A DNA stretch of 63,977 bases, counting the filler. It is 8 parts of 8 records of this genome, joined end to end, with 100 filler letters (N's around TTAATTAATTAA, not from the genome) between each part and the next. Parts side by side here need not be neighbours in the genome. Positions count along the whole stretch, not along the records: positions 1 to 6,348 come from SRR31156797_3714; positions 6,449 to 12,074 come from SRR31156797_3724; 6 more parts are not named here. One strand, 5' to 3'. Below the pieces are notes generated by a model. The model worked only from the letters and a program-made list of their open reading frames with translations. It made no database searches and was not told where the DNA came from. The position numbers and the translations under genes were made by a program. Each line of letters starts with the position of its first letter. Positions within the stretch are counted from its first letter, which is position 1. Below are positions 1-9,539 of this stretch, one piece after another.

Positions 1-2
1 GC

Positions 3-329
3 TACTACGTGGGCAGTCGCTACTTGCGGCGGCTCCAGAGCGGCGATGAGAAGGGGTCTAATGCGGTCACATTTGCGGCAACCTACGTGATTGACCCGCG
101 ATACACGGGTGTTTTCTCACAGCAGTACGATTTTGACTATGGTAAGAGCATTCGAAGTGATATAACGTTAATTCGCAAGTACCATCGTATGAACCTGGCC
201 CTGACGCTCAGTGCGGATGAATCGCTGGACGAAAGGCGGATTGTCCTGAGTTTGTGGCCTCAGGGGATTCCCGAGTTGGCGATAGGCCAGCGACGTTACA
301 CGGGATTGGGGGCGTCGGACTCGTACTAG
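3..329 (+). CDS. C-terminal fragment of an outer-membrane beta-barrel protein, probably LptD-like (5'-partial)
   Basis: Frame open from the contig edge. Alternating aromatic/hydrophobic beta-strand pattern (TFAATYVI, VFSQQYDF, LALTLSAD). Family call is by resemblance only. Confidence 0.45.
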   Translation, partial: YYVGSRYLRRLQSGDEKGSNAVTFAATYVIDPRYTGVFSQQYDFDYGKSIRSDITLIRKYHRMNLALTLSADESLDERRIVLSLWPQGIPELAIGQRRYTGLGASDSY

Positions 330-455
330 GTGAAGTATTTGGGACCGATCAGCCGATGCCTAGGGATTAGAAATGAGCGCGGCCGTCAGGGGAAAGCACC
401 CAGGCCGTATTAACAATGACGAAAGTCGATTCACTGGTTTCATAAGGAGCAGACT

Positions 456-1400
456 ATGCCGTTAGTCAACACCAAGAAGATGTTCGAGATGGCCTACAAG
501 AATGGCTATGCCGTTGGTGCTTTCAACGTCAACAATATGGAGATCACACAGGGTATCGTGCAGGCCATCGCCGAGGAAAAGGCCCCCCTGATTCTGCAGA
601 TATCCCGTGGTGCCCGCGAATATGCCAAGAACAGCTATCTCAAGGCCATTATCGACGTCGTCGTCAAAGAGAATCCGGACATTCCCGTCGCCATAAACCT
701 CGATCATGGCGATACTTTCGAGACGTGCAAGGAATTCGTCGACGACGGATTCACCTCGATCATGATCGATGGCTCGCACTTGCCCTTCGAAGAGAACATC
801 GCCATCACGAAGAAGGTGGTCGATTACGCCCATCCTCGCGGCGTTGTCGTTGAGGCGGAGCTTGGGCAACTTGGGGGCATTGAAGAGGACGTCGTGGGTG
901 TCGAAGACGTCAGCAAGCATATCGCCGACCCGGCCGAGGTTGTGGAGTTCGTCGAGAAGAGCGGCTGTGATTCGCTGGCGATCGCCTGTGGAACCAGTCA
1001 TGGTGCCTACAAGTTCAAGACCGCACCGACGCTGGCCTTCGACGTCATCGAGGAGATCGGTCAGAAGCTGCCGGGCTACCCGCTGGTGATGCACGGTTCC
1101 AGTAGCGTGCTGAAAGAGTTCAAAGACCTGATAAACAAGTACGGCGGCGCGATGCCCGATGCGATGGGCGTGCCCGAGGATATGGTTACCAGGGCCTCGA
1201 AGATGGCCATGTGCAAGGTCAACATCGACACGGACCTGCGAATGGCCCTGACGGCCAAGATTCGGCAGGTCTTTTCCGAGAAGCCGGCGGAGTTCGATCC
1301 GCGGAAATACCTGGGGCCCGGCCGCGACGCGATCCGAGAAATGGTCCGCCACAAGCTGCATGTCCTTGGGTGTGCTGGAAAAGCCGGGGAATGTCTGTAA
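456..1400 (+). CDS. fba: class II fructose-1,6-bisphosphate aldolase
   Basis: YAVGAFNVNN, LDHG, MIDGSH, GTSHGAYK, VMHGSS, KVNIDTD and FDPRKYL motifs; SD AAGGAG upstream. Confidence 0.95.
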   Translation: MPLVNTKKMFEMAYKNGYAVGAFNVNNMEITQGIVQAIAEEKAPLILQISRGAREYAKNSYLKAIIDVVVKENPDIPVAINLDHGDTFETCKEFVDDGFTSIMIDGSHLPFEENIAITKKVVDYAHPRGVVVEAELGQLGGIEEDVVGVEDVSKHIADPAEVVEFVEKSGCDSLAIACGTSHGAYKFKTAPTLAFDVIEEIGQKLPGYPLVMHGSSSVLKEFKDLINKYGGAMPDAMGVPEDMVTRASKMAMCKVNIDTDLRMALTAKIRQVFSEKPAEFDPRKYLGPGRDAIREMVRHKLHVLGCAGKAGECL

Positions 1401-1419
1401 CAAGCCCGTTCGACAATGA

Positions 1420-1456
1420 CCGAGGCCCGCGGAGATGATCTGTGGGCCTCGGCTTT
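1420..1456 (+). terminator. stem-loop after fba (probable terminator)
   Basis: ccgaggcccgcgga / tctgtgggcctcgg inverted repeat followed by a short T run. Confidence 0.55.
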
Positions 1457-1529
1457 GAGTGCTTTGAGGCGGATCGCGTTGAGATTCTCCCAATAGCACT
1501 GGGGGCGTAGAGTTGAAAGGAGCGGTGCG

Positions 1530-3833
1530 TTGATATCCAAAAGCCCGATACGATCCCTGCGTAGGAATAGACCGTGCAGTCCAGGTACTGGATACCCACG
1601 GATGGTGCGCTCGCTCTCTACCCTATGTGTGGCTATTCTCGTCCTCTCGTGCTGGTCTGCGGGGGCTGGGTGTTTTGCCCAATCTCGTGCGACGGCTACG
1701 CCTCGGGCCACTTCAGATGCGACGGCATCCCAACTCGATCCGATCGCCGAGGCGTGTCGACAGGTCTACGAGGGGCGATTTGACACGGCCGAGAAATCGG
1801 CCCAGGACGCGGCGGGTTTCGATAAGGACCGGGCTGAGCAACTCAAACAGGTGGTTCGCCGCTACCGAGATATCGCCCAACGGCGACAAGCGGCGCGCGA
1901 ACAGGCGTTCGCCAAGCAGCTCCGGGAATTGGATACGCTTAGAGGCGTGGTCGATCTCGACAAGGCGGATCTGCCTGCCGAGGCCACCGTCGATGCTGCC
2001 GAGCCGAACGAACCCAACGATATCAGCGACGTGCTGGCCGTCATTACCCGGGCGTCCGAGTTCGCCGGCGAGCGCCAGAAGGCCGCGCTGATGGACGACG
2101 CGTTTGTCGAGAAAACGCTCCGGGTGAGCGTGGACCGCAGCCTCACGCTGGAGGCTGAGGGCAAGTGGCTCGAGGCTTACAGCCGCTACTACTATTGGCT
2201 CCAGGCCATCGATCCGAACAACCATGGGTATTCCGACTATGCCGATGAGTTGCTGGCCAAGGCCAGTATCGCCGGTTCGTTTCAGGATAGCCCGTGCGAG
2301 ACCCGCAAGGAACGGTACAACGGGGTCGAAAAGCGGATGTTCGTGCGGGCGATCGATGCGCTGAGCCTGCACTACGTCAACAGTATGGACTACGTGAAGA
2401 TGGGGATGGAGGGCGTCAAACGGTGTGATTTGCTGGCCGAGGTGCTCACGGTTGCTTTCACCGAAGGGCTCTCGGACAACGGAAATTCGTTCACGCCTCC
2501 TGAGCCGAACGAGGTCACGGCCTGGTCGGTGGCGTTGGCGGGGTTGCGCGATGAGATCGAGACGGCAGGGGCAACGTTTGGCAAGGACCGGTTTCTCAGA
2601 ACCCTGGACAAGGTCTTGGCGCTCAACGACGCGACCGTGAGACTGCCGCAACGTCCTTTGGTCGCTCATTTTGCCGAGGCCGCCCTGGAGGTGCTCGATC
2701 CTTACACGGTCATGGTCTGGCCGCGCCAGGTGCAGGATTTTGAAAAACTCATGATGAACGAGTTTACCGGTATCGGGATTGAGATTACCAAGCCCCGAGG
2801 ATTCCTGACGGTTGCCAGCCTGCTGCCCGACACCCCGGCGTATCGGTCGGGACTGGATGCCGGGGACGTCATTGAGGCCGTCGATGGCGTTCCAACCAAG
2901 GACATGAGTCTGACTTGCGCGGTCAAAAAGATCACCGGCCCCAAAGGGACCAGTGTTATGCTGGCCGTCAAGCGGTCCGGCGCTGAGAAGGCGCAGAACA
3001 TCACCATTACCCGGGACCGAATCATTGTGCCCACCATTCGGGGTTGGCAGCGCACCGAATCCGGGGACTGGCTGTACCTGGTCGATGAAGCCAATCGCAT
3101 CGGTTACGTTCGGATCACTAGTTTCTCCAGCGACACCGCCGGCGATTTCGAAGAGGTGCTTGACGAGCTTGTGGATCAGGGGCTCAAGGGTCTGATCGTG
3201 GATCTGCGCTTCAACACGGGCGGGCTTCTCGACAGTGCCGTACGTATTTCCGATGCCTTTATCAAAGAGGGTCTGATCGTACGGACGCAGCCCAAGGCCA
3301 GTATGATCCCGACCTATGAATATGCCCATCGGCGGGGGACGCAGCCGGACTATCCCTTGGTAATCCTGATTAATTCGGGCTCGGCCAGTGCGTCGGAAAT
3401 TGTGGCCGGGGCGTTGGGCGATCCCCGCTATGAGCGCGCGACGCTGGTCGGGACGCGCACCCATGGCAAAGGAAGTGTGCAGGGGATTACGCACTACCCC
3501 AGCGGCGGCGCCCAGTTGAAGTACACGATGGCCTATTACCATCTACCTTCCGGGCAGCGCGTCAAGAGCCGCAGCGCGGTGGAAAAAGAAGGCGGCAAAG
3601 ATTGGGGTGTGGGCCCCGATGTGGAGATCAAGCTGACGAGCGAAGAGCTCAGAGAGATGCTTGATGTCCAGAGAGACAACGACGTGCTCGTCCAGGCTGG
3701 ACGCGAGGAGCACAGTGCCTCTTATACGAAGCGCACGATTGACGAGGCGCTGCAGGCAGATCCCCAACTGGCGATTGGGCTGCTGGTCATGGAAACCAAA
3801 CTGATTGAAGCGGATGCCCTGGTGACCAACTGA
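1530..3833 (+). CDS. S41 family carboxy-terminal processing protease (PDZ plus peptidase S41)
   Basis: LDPYT, FTGIGIEI PDZ, DLRFNTGG, SASASEIVAGAL, THGKGSVQ. TTG start with SD AAAGGAG; alternative ATG at 1602. Confidence 0.92.
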   Translation: MISKSPIRSLRRNRPCSPGTGYPRMVRSLSTLCVAILVLSCWSAGAGCFAQSRATATPRATSDATASQLDPIAEACRQVYEGRFDTAEKSAQDAAGFDKDRAEQLKQVVRRYRDIAQRRQAAREQAFAKQLRELDTLRGVVDLDKADLPAEATVDAAEPNEPNDISDVLAVITRASEFAGERQKAALMDDAFVEKTLRVSVDRSLTLEAEGKWLEAYSRYYYWLQAIDPNNHGYSDYADELLAKASIAGSFQDSPCETRKERYNGVEKRMFVRAIDALSLHYVNSMDYVKMGMEGVKRCDLLAEVLTVAFTEGLSDNGNSFTPPEPNEVTAWSVALAGLRDEIETAGATFGKDRFLRTLDKVLALNDATVRLPQRPLVAHFAEAALEVLDPYTVMVWPRQVQDFEKLMMNEFTGIGIEITKPRGFLTVASLLPDTPAYRSGLDAGDVIEAVDGVPTKDMSLTCAVKKITGPKGTSVMLAVKRSGAEKAQNITITRDRIIVPTIRGWQRTESGDWLYLVDEANRIGYVRITSFSSDTAGDFEEVLDELVDQGLKGLIVDLRFNTGGLLDSAVRISDAFIKEGLIVRTQPKASMIPTYEYAHRRGTQPDYPLVILINSGSASASEIVAGALGDPRYERATLVGTRTHGKGSVQGITHYPSGGAQLKYTMAYYHLPSGQRVKSRSAVEKEGGKDWGVGPDVEIKLTSEELREMLDVQRDNDVLVQAGREEHSASYTKRTIDEALQADPQLAIGLLVMETKLIEADALVTN

Positions 3834-3863
3834 GCCGAGGCGCCCATTGGAATAGGTGGAAGA

Positions 3864-5330
3864 TTGACGATTCAAGCCGACAGCGACAAGTTCGAGCAGC
3901 AGCGACAGGAGAAACGGGCAAAACTGGAGGCGTTGGGGCTCGACCCCTATGGATCTCGCTATGACGATGTCGAAGGCGCCGAAGCCACCAAGGCGCGATT
4001 CAAGGACGAGGAGGAAGGCCAGCGAGCCCGCTGTGCGGGCCGCATCGTCCTGCTGCGGGACATCGGCAAACTGATCTTCATCACCCTGCGCGATCGCAGT
4101 GGGACGATCCAGGTGGGGCTCAGCAAGAAAATGCTGAACGAGCAGTGGGCCCTCGCGAAACTGCTGGATCTGGGTGATATCATCGGGGCCTCCGGGCAGT
4201 TGGGGCGGACCCGGACGGGAGAGATCACGATCTGGGTCGAGGAGGATGGACTGGCCTTTCTCTCGAAGTGTCTGGCCCAGCCGCCGGAGAAATTCCATGG
4301 TCTGGCAGACATCGACCAGCGGTATCGACAACGCTACGTCGATCTGTGGGCCAATCCCGAGGTGATGGAGCGGTTCAAGAAGCGCAGTGCCATCATTGCG
4401 ACGATTCGCCAGCGGCTCGAGGCACAGGGATTTCTCGAGGTGGAGACGCCCATGATGCAGGCCATCGCCGGTGGGGCGGCGGCCAAGCCGTTTATCACGC
4501 ATCACAACAGCCTCGATCTGGATCTGTATCTGAGGATCTCGCCCGAGCTGTTCCTCAAACGCCTCCTGGTGGGGGGGCTGGAACGGGTGTTCGAAATCAA
4601 CCGCAGTTTCCGCAACGAGGGACTGAGCCGTCGGCACAATCCCGAGTTCACGATGCTCGAACTCTACCAGGCTTACGGTGACTACCATGTCATGATGGAC
4701 CTGACCGAGGAAGTGGTTTCGGCTTGCGTCGACGCGCACTGCGAAGGGCCGCAGATGAAATTCGGCGATACGGACATTGATCTGAGTCGGCCCTGGCGAC
4801 GTGCTAAGTACGCGGATCTGCTGCGGGAGCATGGCGGATGCGACATCGATGACCTCCCGGCCGTCCGCGAGAAGGCCCGGGCGCTCGAGATTGACGAAGC
4901 CGGTATGGACGATGCCGTAGTAATCAACGAGGTGTTCGAGGCGACAGTGGAACACCACCTTATCAATCCGACGTTCGTCATCGACTACCCGGCGACCCTC
5001 TGCCCGTTGACGAAGCGCAGCAAGGAAGATCCGAAGTACGCCGAGCGTTTCGAGCTGTTCATCGCGAGCATGGAACTGGCCAACGCGTACACCGAACTGA
5101 ATGATCCGGCGCAGCAGTATGAGAATTTCCGTATCCAGCTCCGAGGCCAGGAAGAGTCGATGGCGACGATGGATACGGACTACATCAGCGCGTTGAAGCA
5201 CGGCATGCCGCCGGCCGGCGGGCTGGGCATTGGCATTGACCGGTTGGTGATGATTCTGACCGGGGTGACGAGCATTCGAGACGTCATCCTGTTCCCGCTG
5301 CTCAAGCCCGTCGGGTCGGATCAGTCGTAG
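3864..5330 (+). CDS. lysS: lysine--tRNA ligase (class II)
   Basis: RYRQRYVDL, GGAAAKPFITHHN, FRNEG..RHNPEFTMLE, GMPPAGGLGIGIDRL. Confidence 0.97.
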   Translation: MTIQADSDKFEQQRQEKRAKLEALGLDPYGSRYDDVEGAEATKARFKDEEEGQRARCAGRIVLLRDIGKLIFITLRDRSGTIQVGLSKKMLNEQWALAKLLDLGDIIGASGQLGRTRTGEITIWVEEDGLAFLSKCLAQPPEKFHGLADIDQRYRQRYVDLWANPEVMERFKKRSAIIATIRQRLEAQGFLEVETPMMQAIAGGAAAKPFITHHNSLDLDLYLRISPELFLKRLLVGGLERVFEINRSFRNEGLSRRHNPEFTMLELYQAYGDYHVMMDLTEEVVSACVDAHCEGPQMKFGDTDIDLSRPWRRAKYADLLREHGGCDIDDLPAVREKARALEIDEAGMDDAVVINEVFEATVEHHLINPTFVIDYPATLCPLTKRSKEDPKYAERFELFIASMELANAYTELNDPAQQYENFRIQLRGQEESMATMDTDYISALKHGMPPAGGLGIGIDRLVMILTGVTSIRDVILFPLLKPVGSDQS

Positions 5331-5425
5331 AGCTATGGCAATGCGCAGTTTCACATTGCGTCAATCGACTACGTCGGGGTGGTTTTGGCCTTGTCGGTCG
5401 GCTGTGTTTGTGTGTTCTTTAGTTT

Positions 5426-5536
5426 TGTCATCCTGAGCGTAGCGAAGGACCTGGGCTCCGACATGAAGCTTAGTGTCGTTTGCAAGGCGGAGGTTAGTGT
5501 CCGTAACACAGCAGCTTCACTCTGTTCAGCATGACA
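5426..5536. repeat. REP-like inverted doublet (27-bp arms)
   Basis: tgtcatcctgagcgtagcgaaggacct (5426-5452) and agcagcttcactctgttcagcatgaca (5510-5536) are imperfect reverse complements. Confidence 0.7.
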
Positions 5537-5601
5537 TGCGTGCCCGGGATCGGTTCGTTGTGAGCATGAGAGAATTGGTGTGACGCGCACATCAGCGACC
5601 T

Positions 5602-6348
5602 ATGGTTTACTTCTACATAGCTGCGGGTTTCATATTCGACGTTTTAGTCACATGGGTACTCGGCTTGGCTATTCCGCTTGTGGTGCAGGCTATTGTCCGA
5701 CGCCCGTTGCGCAAGGTGTCGGCCCTAATCCTAACGGGTATTCTCTGGCTTCTTAACTACAACTTATTCACATTCCTTGGAAGCCAAAGCAAGACCCATG
5801 CAGCACTGCTACTTGTTGCGGGCACAACGTACTGGATTCTTCATTGGGGCGTTGGACCACGTGCCTTCCTCCAAGTAGTGTATTCCTTATTAGTTTGTCT
5901 GCTTCGCCCAACGGCTATAGCCTGTTTCCTCTGGCTGAAGTACCTTCGGACGCGGCGGATCATCTTCTTGAGCATCGCGGCTGTCGCGCTATCGGTCTCG
6001 TTGTTGATTGTGGTGGCCAGTCTCTTCACCGGGTTCATCAAGGCCTTCGAACGCAGCGCCGTTGAGATGCTGGGCGACGTTGTGGTCGGTCCACCTCCCG
6101 GGGGGCTCTTCGAGAAGTATCCGGCGTTTGTCGAGCGACTCGAACAGGCCGAGTTCGTGCAGGCCGCGACCGGAACGCTGTCCAGCCAGGGCCTCCTGCA
6201 CGTTGGACGGGGGAACGTTCGCCCGGTCAGCATTTGGGGGATCGAGCCCGACCGACGCGCGCAAGTCAACGGATTCAAGGATGCCCTGCTGCGCCAGAAG
6301 GAATTACCGGGGCCGCCGTCGTTTGTCGTCCCCGCAGCGCCTGAGAAA
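5602..6348 (+). CDS. LolC/LolE-type ABC permease with a ~105-aa hydrophobic N-terminal extension (3'-partial)
   Basis: FLWLKYLRTRRIIFLSIAAVALSVSLLIVVASLFTGF is a typical LolC/E first transmembrane segment; ORF runs into the spacer. Confidence 0.75.
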
Positions 6349-6448
6349 NNNNNNNNNNNNNNNNNNNNNNNNNNNNNNNNNNNNNNNNNNNNTTAATTAA
6401 TTAANNNNNNNNNNNNNNNNNNNNNNNNNNNNNNNNNNNNNNNNNNNN
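6349..6448. other. artificial contig spacer
   Basis: N44-TTAATTAATTAA-N44, with stops in all six frames. Confidence 0.99.
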
Positions 6449-6449
6449 C

Positions 6450-6617
6450 ATTGCCTGGGTCCTGGCGCAGGGCGACGACATCGCGACGATTCCCGGCACG
6501 ACGCGCGTGACCAACCTGGAGCGGAATCTGGAAGCCGGGGCCATCGTCCTGACGGCGGAGGAACAGGCTACCCTCGACGCCCTGCCGTACCAGGAGGTCG
6601 CCGGCGCCCGTTACTGA
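6450..6617 (+). CDS. aldo/keto reductase C-terminus (5'-partial; absent from the ORF track)
   Basis: Manual translation: IAWVLAQGDDIATIPGTTRVTNLERNLEAGAIVLTAEEQATLDALPYQEVAGARY*. Confidence 0.85.
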   Translation: MAWVLAQGDDIATIPGTTRVTNLERNLEAGAIVLTAEEQATLDALPYQEVAGARY

Positions 6618-6689
6618 CCCAAAGGACACCGGACGGCGCGATCCGAGAGGGACGGTAAGTCGTTGGCGTCTTTTCTAAGGAACGTCGGA

Positions 6690-7316
6690 TTAATCCGGGC
6701 GCAGATAGCCGAGGATGACGTCGATGGCGTGGGCCTCGCGTTCGGCCAGGGCGTTGGGGGCCCGCAGGTCGCGGCCGAAGATGTTGGAAAGCGTCGCCTG
6801 GTTGGAAAAATAGAAATAGCCCAACGCCGACATCGAAATATAGAGCTGCTGCGGATCGACGCCGGTCCGAAATACCCCTTCCCGGCATCCCTGGTCGAGA
6901 AGCCGGCCGATCATGTTCATTAGCGGCGTTTGCAGGCTGGCGATCCGGTCCGATTTGCGGGCGAAGCGCCCGCCGTGCAGGTTTTCATCGTTGAGCAGCA
7001 TGACAAAATGCGGATTGTCGCGCAGGTACCCGAAGATAAAGCGGGCCAACCGCCGCATGCCCTCGATCGCATCGACGCCTTCCACTTCGACGCTGAGTTC
7101 GGCCTTCCGGAGTTCCCCGTAGATCCGTTCGAGGACGGCGACATAGAGTTCCTCCTTGCCGCCGAAATAGTGATAGATCATGCGCTTGTTCGAGCCCGAG
7201 CGGGCGGCGATTTCGTCGACGCGGGCGCCGCTCAATCCCTTGGCGGCGAATTCGTCGACGGCCGCCGTCAGGATGGCTTCACGGGTTCGTTCGGGGTTGC
7301 GCTGATTTTCCGGCAT
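6690..7316 (-). CDS. TetR family regulator (RutR/NicS-like)
   Basis: ILTAAVDEFAAKGLSGARVDEIA...KRMIYHYFGGKEELY helix-turn-helix. Confidence 0.93.
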   Translation of the reverse strand: MPENQRNPERTREAILTAAVDEFAAKGLSGARVDEIAARSGSNKRMIYHYFGGKEELYVAVLERIYGELRKAELSVEVEGVDAIEGMRRLARFIFGYLRDNPHFVMLLNDENLHGGRFARKSDRIASLQTPLMNMIGRLLDQGCREGVFRTGVDPQQLYISMSALGYFYFSNQATLSNIFGRDLRAPNALAEREAHAIDVILGYLRPD

Positions 7317-7381
7317 ATCCGTTTATAACACCTAGCGGGCGATTGGACATCGTCATCAACTGCCGGTGTGCGGGCGCCCGA

Positions 7382-8425
7382 TCAGTATTTGCCGTCGCGC
7401 TGGTCGTAGTGGGTTTCCTTGCCGAGGCTGGGCAGCCCTTCGGAAATCCAGGCGGCAACCCAGCCGATCATGGCTTCGAGCGGCACCAGCGGACGGCCGA
7501 ACAATTCAACAGCCCGGGTCGTGTCGAGGATCCAGGCGGTCGGTTGTTCGGTTCCTTCGAAAACCGCCGGACGCCCGAATATGTCGGCAAAGGCGCCGGC
7601 CAGGGCGCGGATCGAGGTGACTTCGGCACCGGTCACGTTGAGCGGGCTGCACGGCTGCGTGCAATACAAAAGCGCGCGCAGGGCCTGGGCATTGGCGTCG
7701 CCCTGCCAGATGACGTTGACATGACCCATGCCGAGATTGATCGGGGTGCCGGCCAGAACCTTGTTGGCGACATCGAAAAGCACGCCGTAGCGCATGTCGA
7801 TGGCGTAACTGAGGCGGATCAGGCGGCCCGGCGTGCCCAGTTTTTTCGAGAAGTACTGGAACATGCGTTCGCGGCCGACGCAGGAATTGGCGTATTCGCC
7901 GGGCGGCGCCGTCGGCGCCACGTCTTCGGCGGTGCCCGGGCCGGTGACATCGGTATAGGGATAAACGCAGGCCGTCGAAAAGGTGACGATGCGCGAATTC
8001 GCAAAGGTTTCGGCGACGATGGCCGGGACATGGGTGTTCATCGCCCAGGTCAGTTCCTCGGCGCCGGTCGAACCGAATTTGCGGCCGGCCATGAAAACCA
8101 CGTTTTCAAGGCGCGGCAATGCGGCAACGGCGTCGCGGTCCAGAAGATCGCAGGCGATGGTTTCGATGCCCCAGGATTCCAGCCGTTCGCGGGTACCGGC
8201 TTCGCTGAAGCGGGCAACCGCCAGAACCCTTTTTCCTGGCGCCGCGCGCTTCGCCAGACGGGCCAGGGTCGGCCCCATCTTTCCGCCGGCACCGAGGATG
8301 GCGATATCGCCATCAAGCCGCGCCAGATCGGCGGCCAGGGCTTCGGACGGACAGGTCATGAAATCCTCGAGTGCCTCGACATTCGAGAAACCCTTCGGAA
8401 GGGAGGCTGGATCAAGAAACTGCAT
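7382..8425 (-). CDS. NAD-dependent epimerase/dehydratase family protein
   Basis: ILGAGGKMG Rossmann motif, FMAGRKFG, YANSC. ATG 8425 chosen because it has a CAGGGA SD and the longer start (8476) falls among operator-like palindromes. Confidence 0.88.
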   Translation of the reverse strand: MQFLDPASLPKGFSNVEALEDFMTCPSEALAADLARLDGDIAILGAGGKMGPTLARLAKRAAPGKRVLAVARFSEAGTRERLESWGIETIACDLLDRDAVAALPRLENVVFMAGRKFGSTGAEELTWAMNTHVPAIVAETFANSRIVTFSTACVYPYTDVTGPGTAEDVAPTAPPGEYANSCVGRERMFQYFSKKLGTPGRLIRLSYAIDMRYGVLFDVANKVLAGTPINLGMGHVNVIWQGDANAQALRALLYCTQPCSPLNVTGAEVTSIRALAGAFADIFGRPAVFEGTEQPTAWILDTTRAVELFGRPLVPLEAMIGWVAAWISEGLPSLGKETHYDQRDGKY

Positions 8426-8459
8426 TCGCGACAATCCCTGTTTTTGCCGTTTGTCCAAT

Positions 8460-8497
8460 AACCATTGGTTGGCCATATTGTAACTAACTGGTTACAA
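8460..8497. promoter_or_regulatory. two palindromic operator-like sites, probably for the neighbouring TetR
   Basis: TTGTAACTAACTGGTTACAA (8478-8497) and AACCATTGGTT (8460-8470) in the divergent intergenic region. Confidence 0.6.
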
Positions 8498-8618
8498 ATA
8501 GGCGAGCCTCTTCGCCCTGTCAAATCCGTTCGGCCGTCATTTGCCCGGATGCTAGACTGGCAAGGCCGCCGGACCGGTATTTTTCGATATCCGGTGTTTT
8601 TCGATTAGAAGGGCGAGA

Positions 8619-9512
8619 ATGAGCGTAGCATTCCCCGGAACGACGATGAGGCCGCTGAGTGCCGCCGACGCGACCGCCGCGCAAGGCCTTGTCGCCGAGG
8701 CCGGCTGGAACCAGACCGGGGACGATTGGGCGCTGATGATCGACAGCGGCGACGCCATCGGCCTGTTTGCCAAGCCCGATAGCGCCGAGGCCGGCGAATT
8801 GGCGGCGACGGTGACGATGCTGCCCTACGAAGACCGCTTTGCCTGGATCGGCATGGTCCTGGTGCGCAAGCAATGGCGCCGCCGGGGGTTGGCCAGTGGT
8901 CTGTTACGCCATTGCATCAATGTCTTGCTGGAAAAGGGAATTACGCCGGTTCTCGACGCCACCGAAGCCGGACGCGAGGTCTATGTTCCGCTCGGCTTTA
9001 AGGACATATTTGCGATCGAACGGCTCGAAGCCGGCGGCGTTAAGGCGCCCGTGCCGGCACCGGAAACACCGCCCGGCATGACAATCGGAAAGCTGTCGGA
9101 AAATGACCTGGAGCCCATCGTAGGCTGGGATACCGCCCGCTTCGGCGCCGATCGCGGCCCCGTCCTGCGATCCCTTCTGCGCCGGGCGCCGCACCTGGCC
9201 CACTTGGCGAGGCGGACCGACGGCGGCATCACCGGCTACGCGATGGGCCGCAACGGACGCCTAGCCGAACAGATCGGCCCGATCATCGCCGAAGACGCGG
9301 AAACCGCCGAGGCATTGGCGGCGGCGGCGCTATCGCATTCGAACGGACCGGCATTCATCGATGCCGCCTGTCATCAGAGCCGGTTCGGCGAATGGCTGCG
9401 CGGGATCGGATTTGTCCGCCAGCGCGGCTTCATGCGCATGGCGCTGGGCCGCGCCGAGCCCTTCGAAAGACCGGCCACTACCTTTGCCATCACCGGACCC
9501 GAGCTTGGCTGA
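8619..9512 (+). CDS. GNAT N-acetyltransferase (two-domain, YitH-like)
   Basis: GWNQTGDDW, AWIGMVLV..WRRRGLA, LDATEAGREVYVPLGF, FGADRG, GPELG end. Confidence 0.88.
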   Translation: MSVAFPGTTMRPLSAADATAAQGLVAEAGWNQTGDDWALMIDSGDAIGLFAKPDSAEAGELAATVTMLPYEDRFAWIGMVLVRKQWRRRGLASGLLRHCINVLLEKGITPVLDATEAGREVYVPLGFKDIFAIERLEAGGVKAPVPAPETPPGMTIGKLSENDLEPIVGWDTARFGADRGPVLRSLLRRAPHLAHLARRTDGGITGYAMGRNGRLAEQIGPIIAEDAETAEALAAAALSHSNGPAFIDAACHQSRFGEWLRGIGFVRQRGFMRMALGRAEPFERPATTFAITGPELG

Positions 9513-9539
9513 CCGCCCTGATCGAGGGGCACTTCTTTG

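Noticed and set aside
462-5354. Long antisense ORFs (462-1499, 1713-3542, 3543-5354)
   Set aside because: Shadow frames of GC-rich fba, S41 protease and lysS, with no recognisable motifs.
6393-6404. Recurrent TTAATTAATTAA as a biological repeat or CRISPR
   Set aside because: Always embedded in N runs; an artificial six-frame-stop linker.
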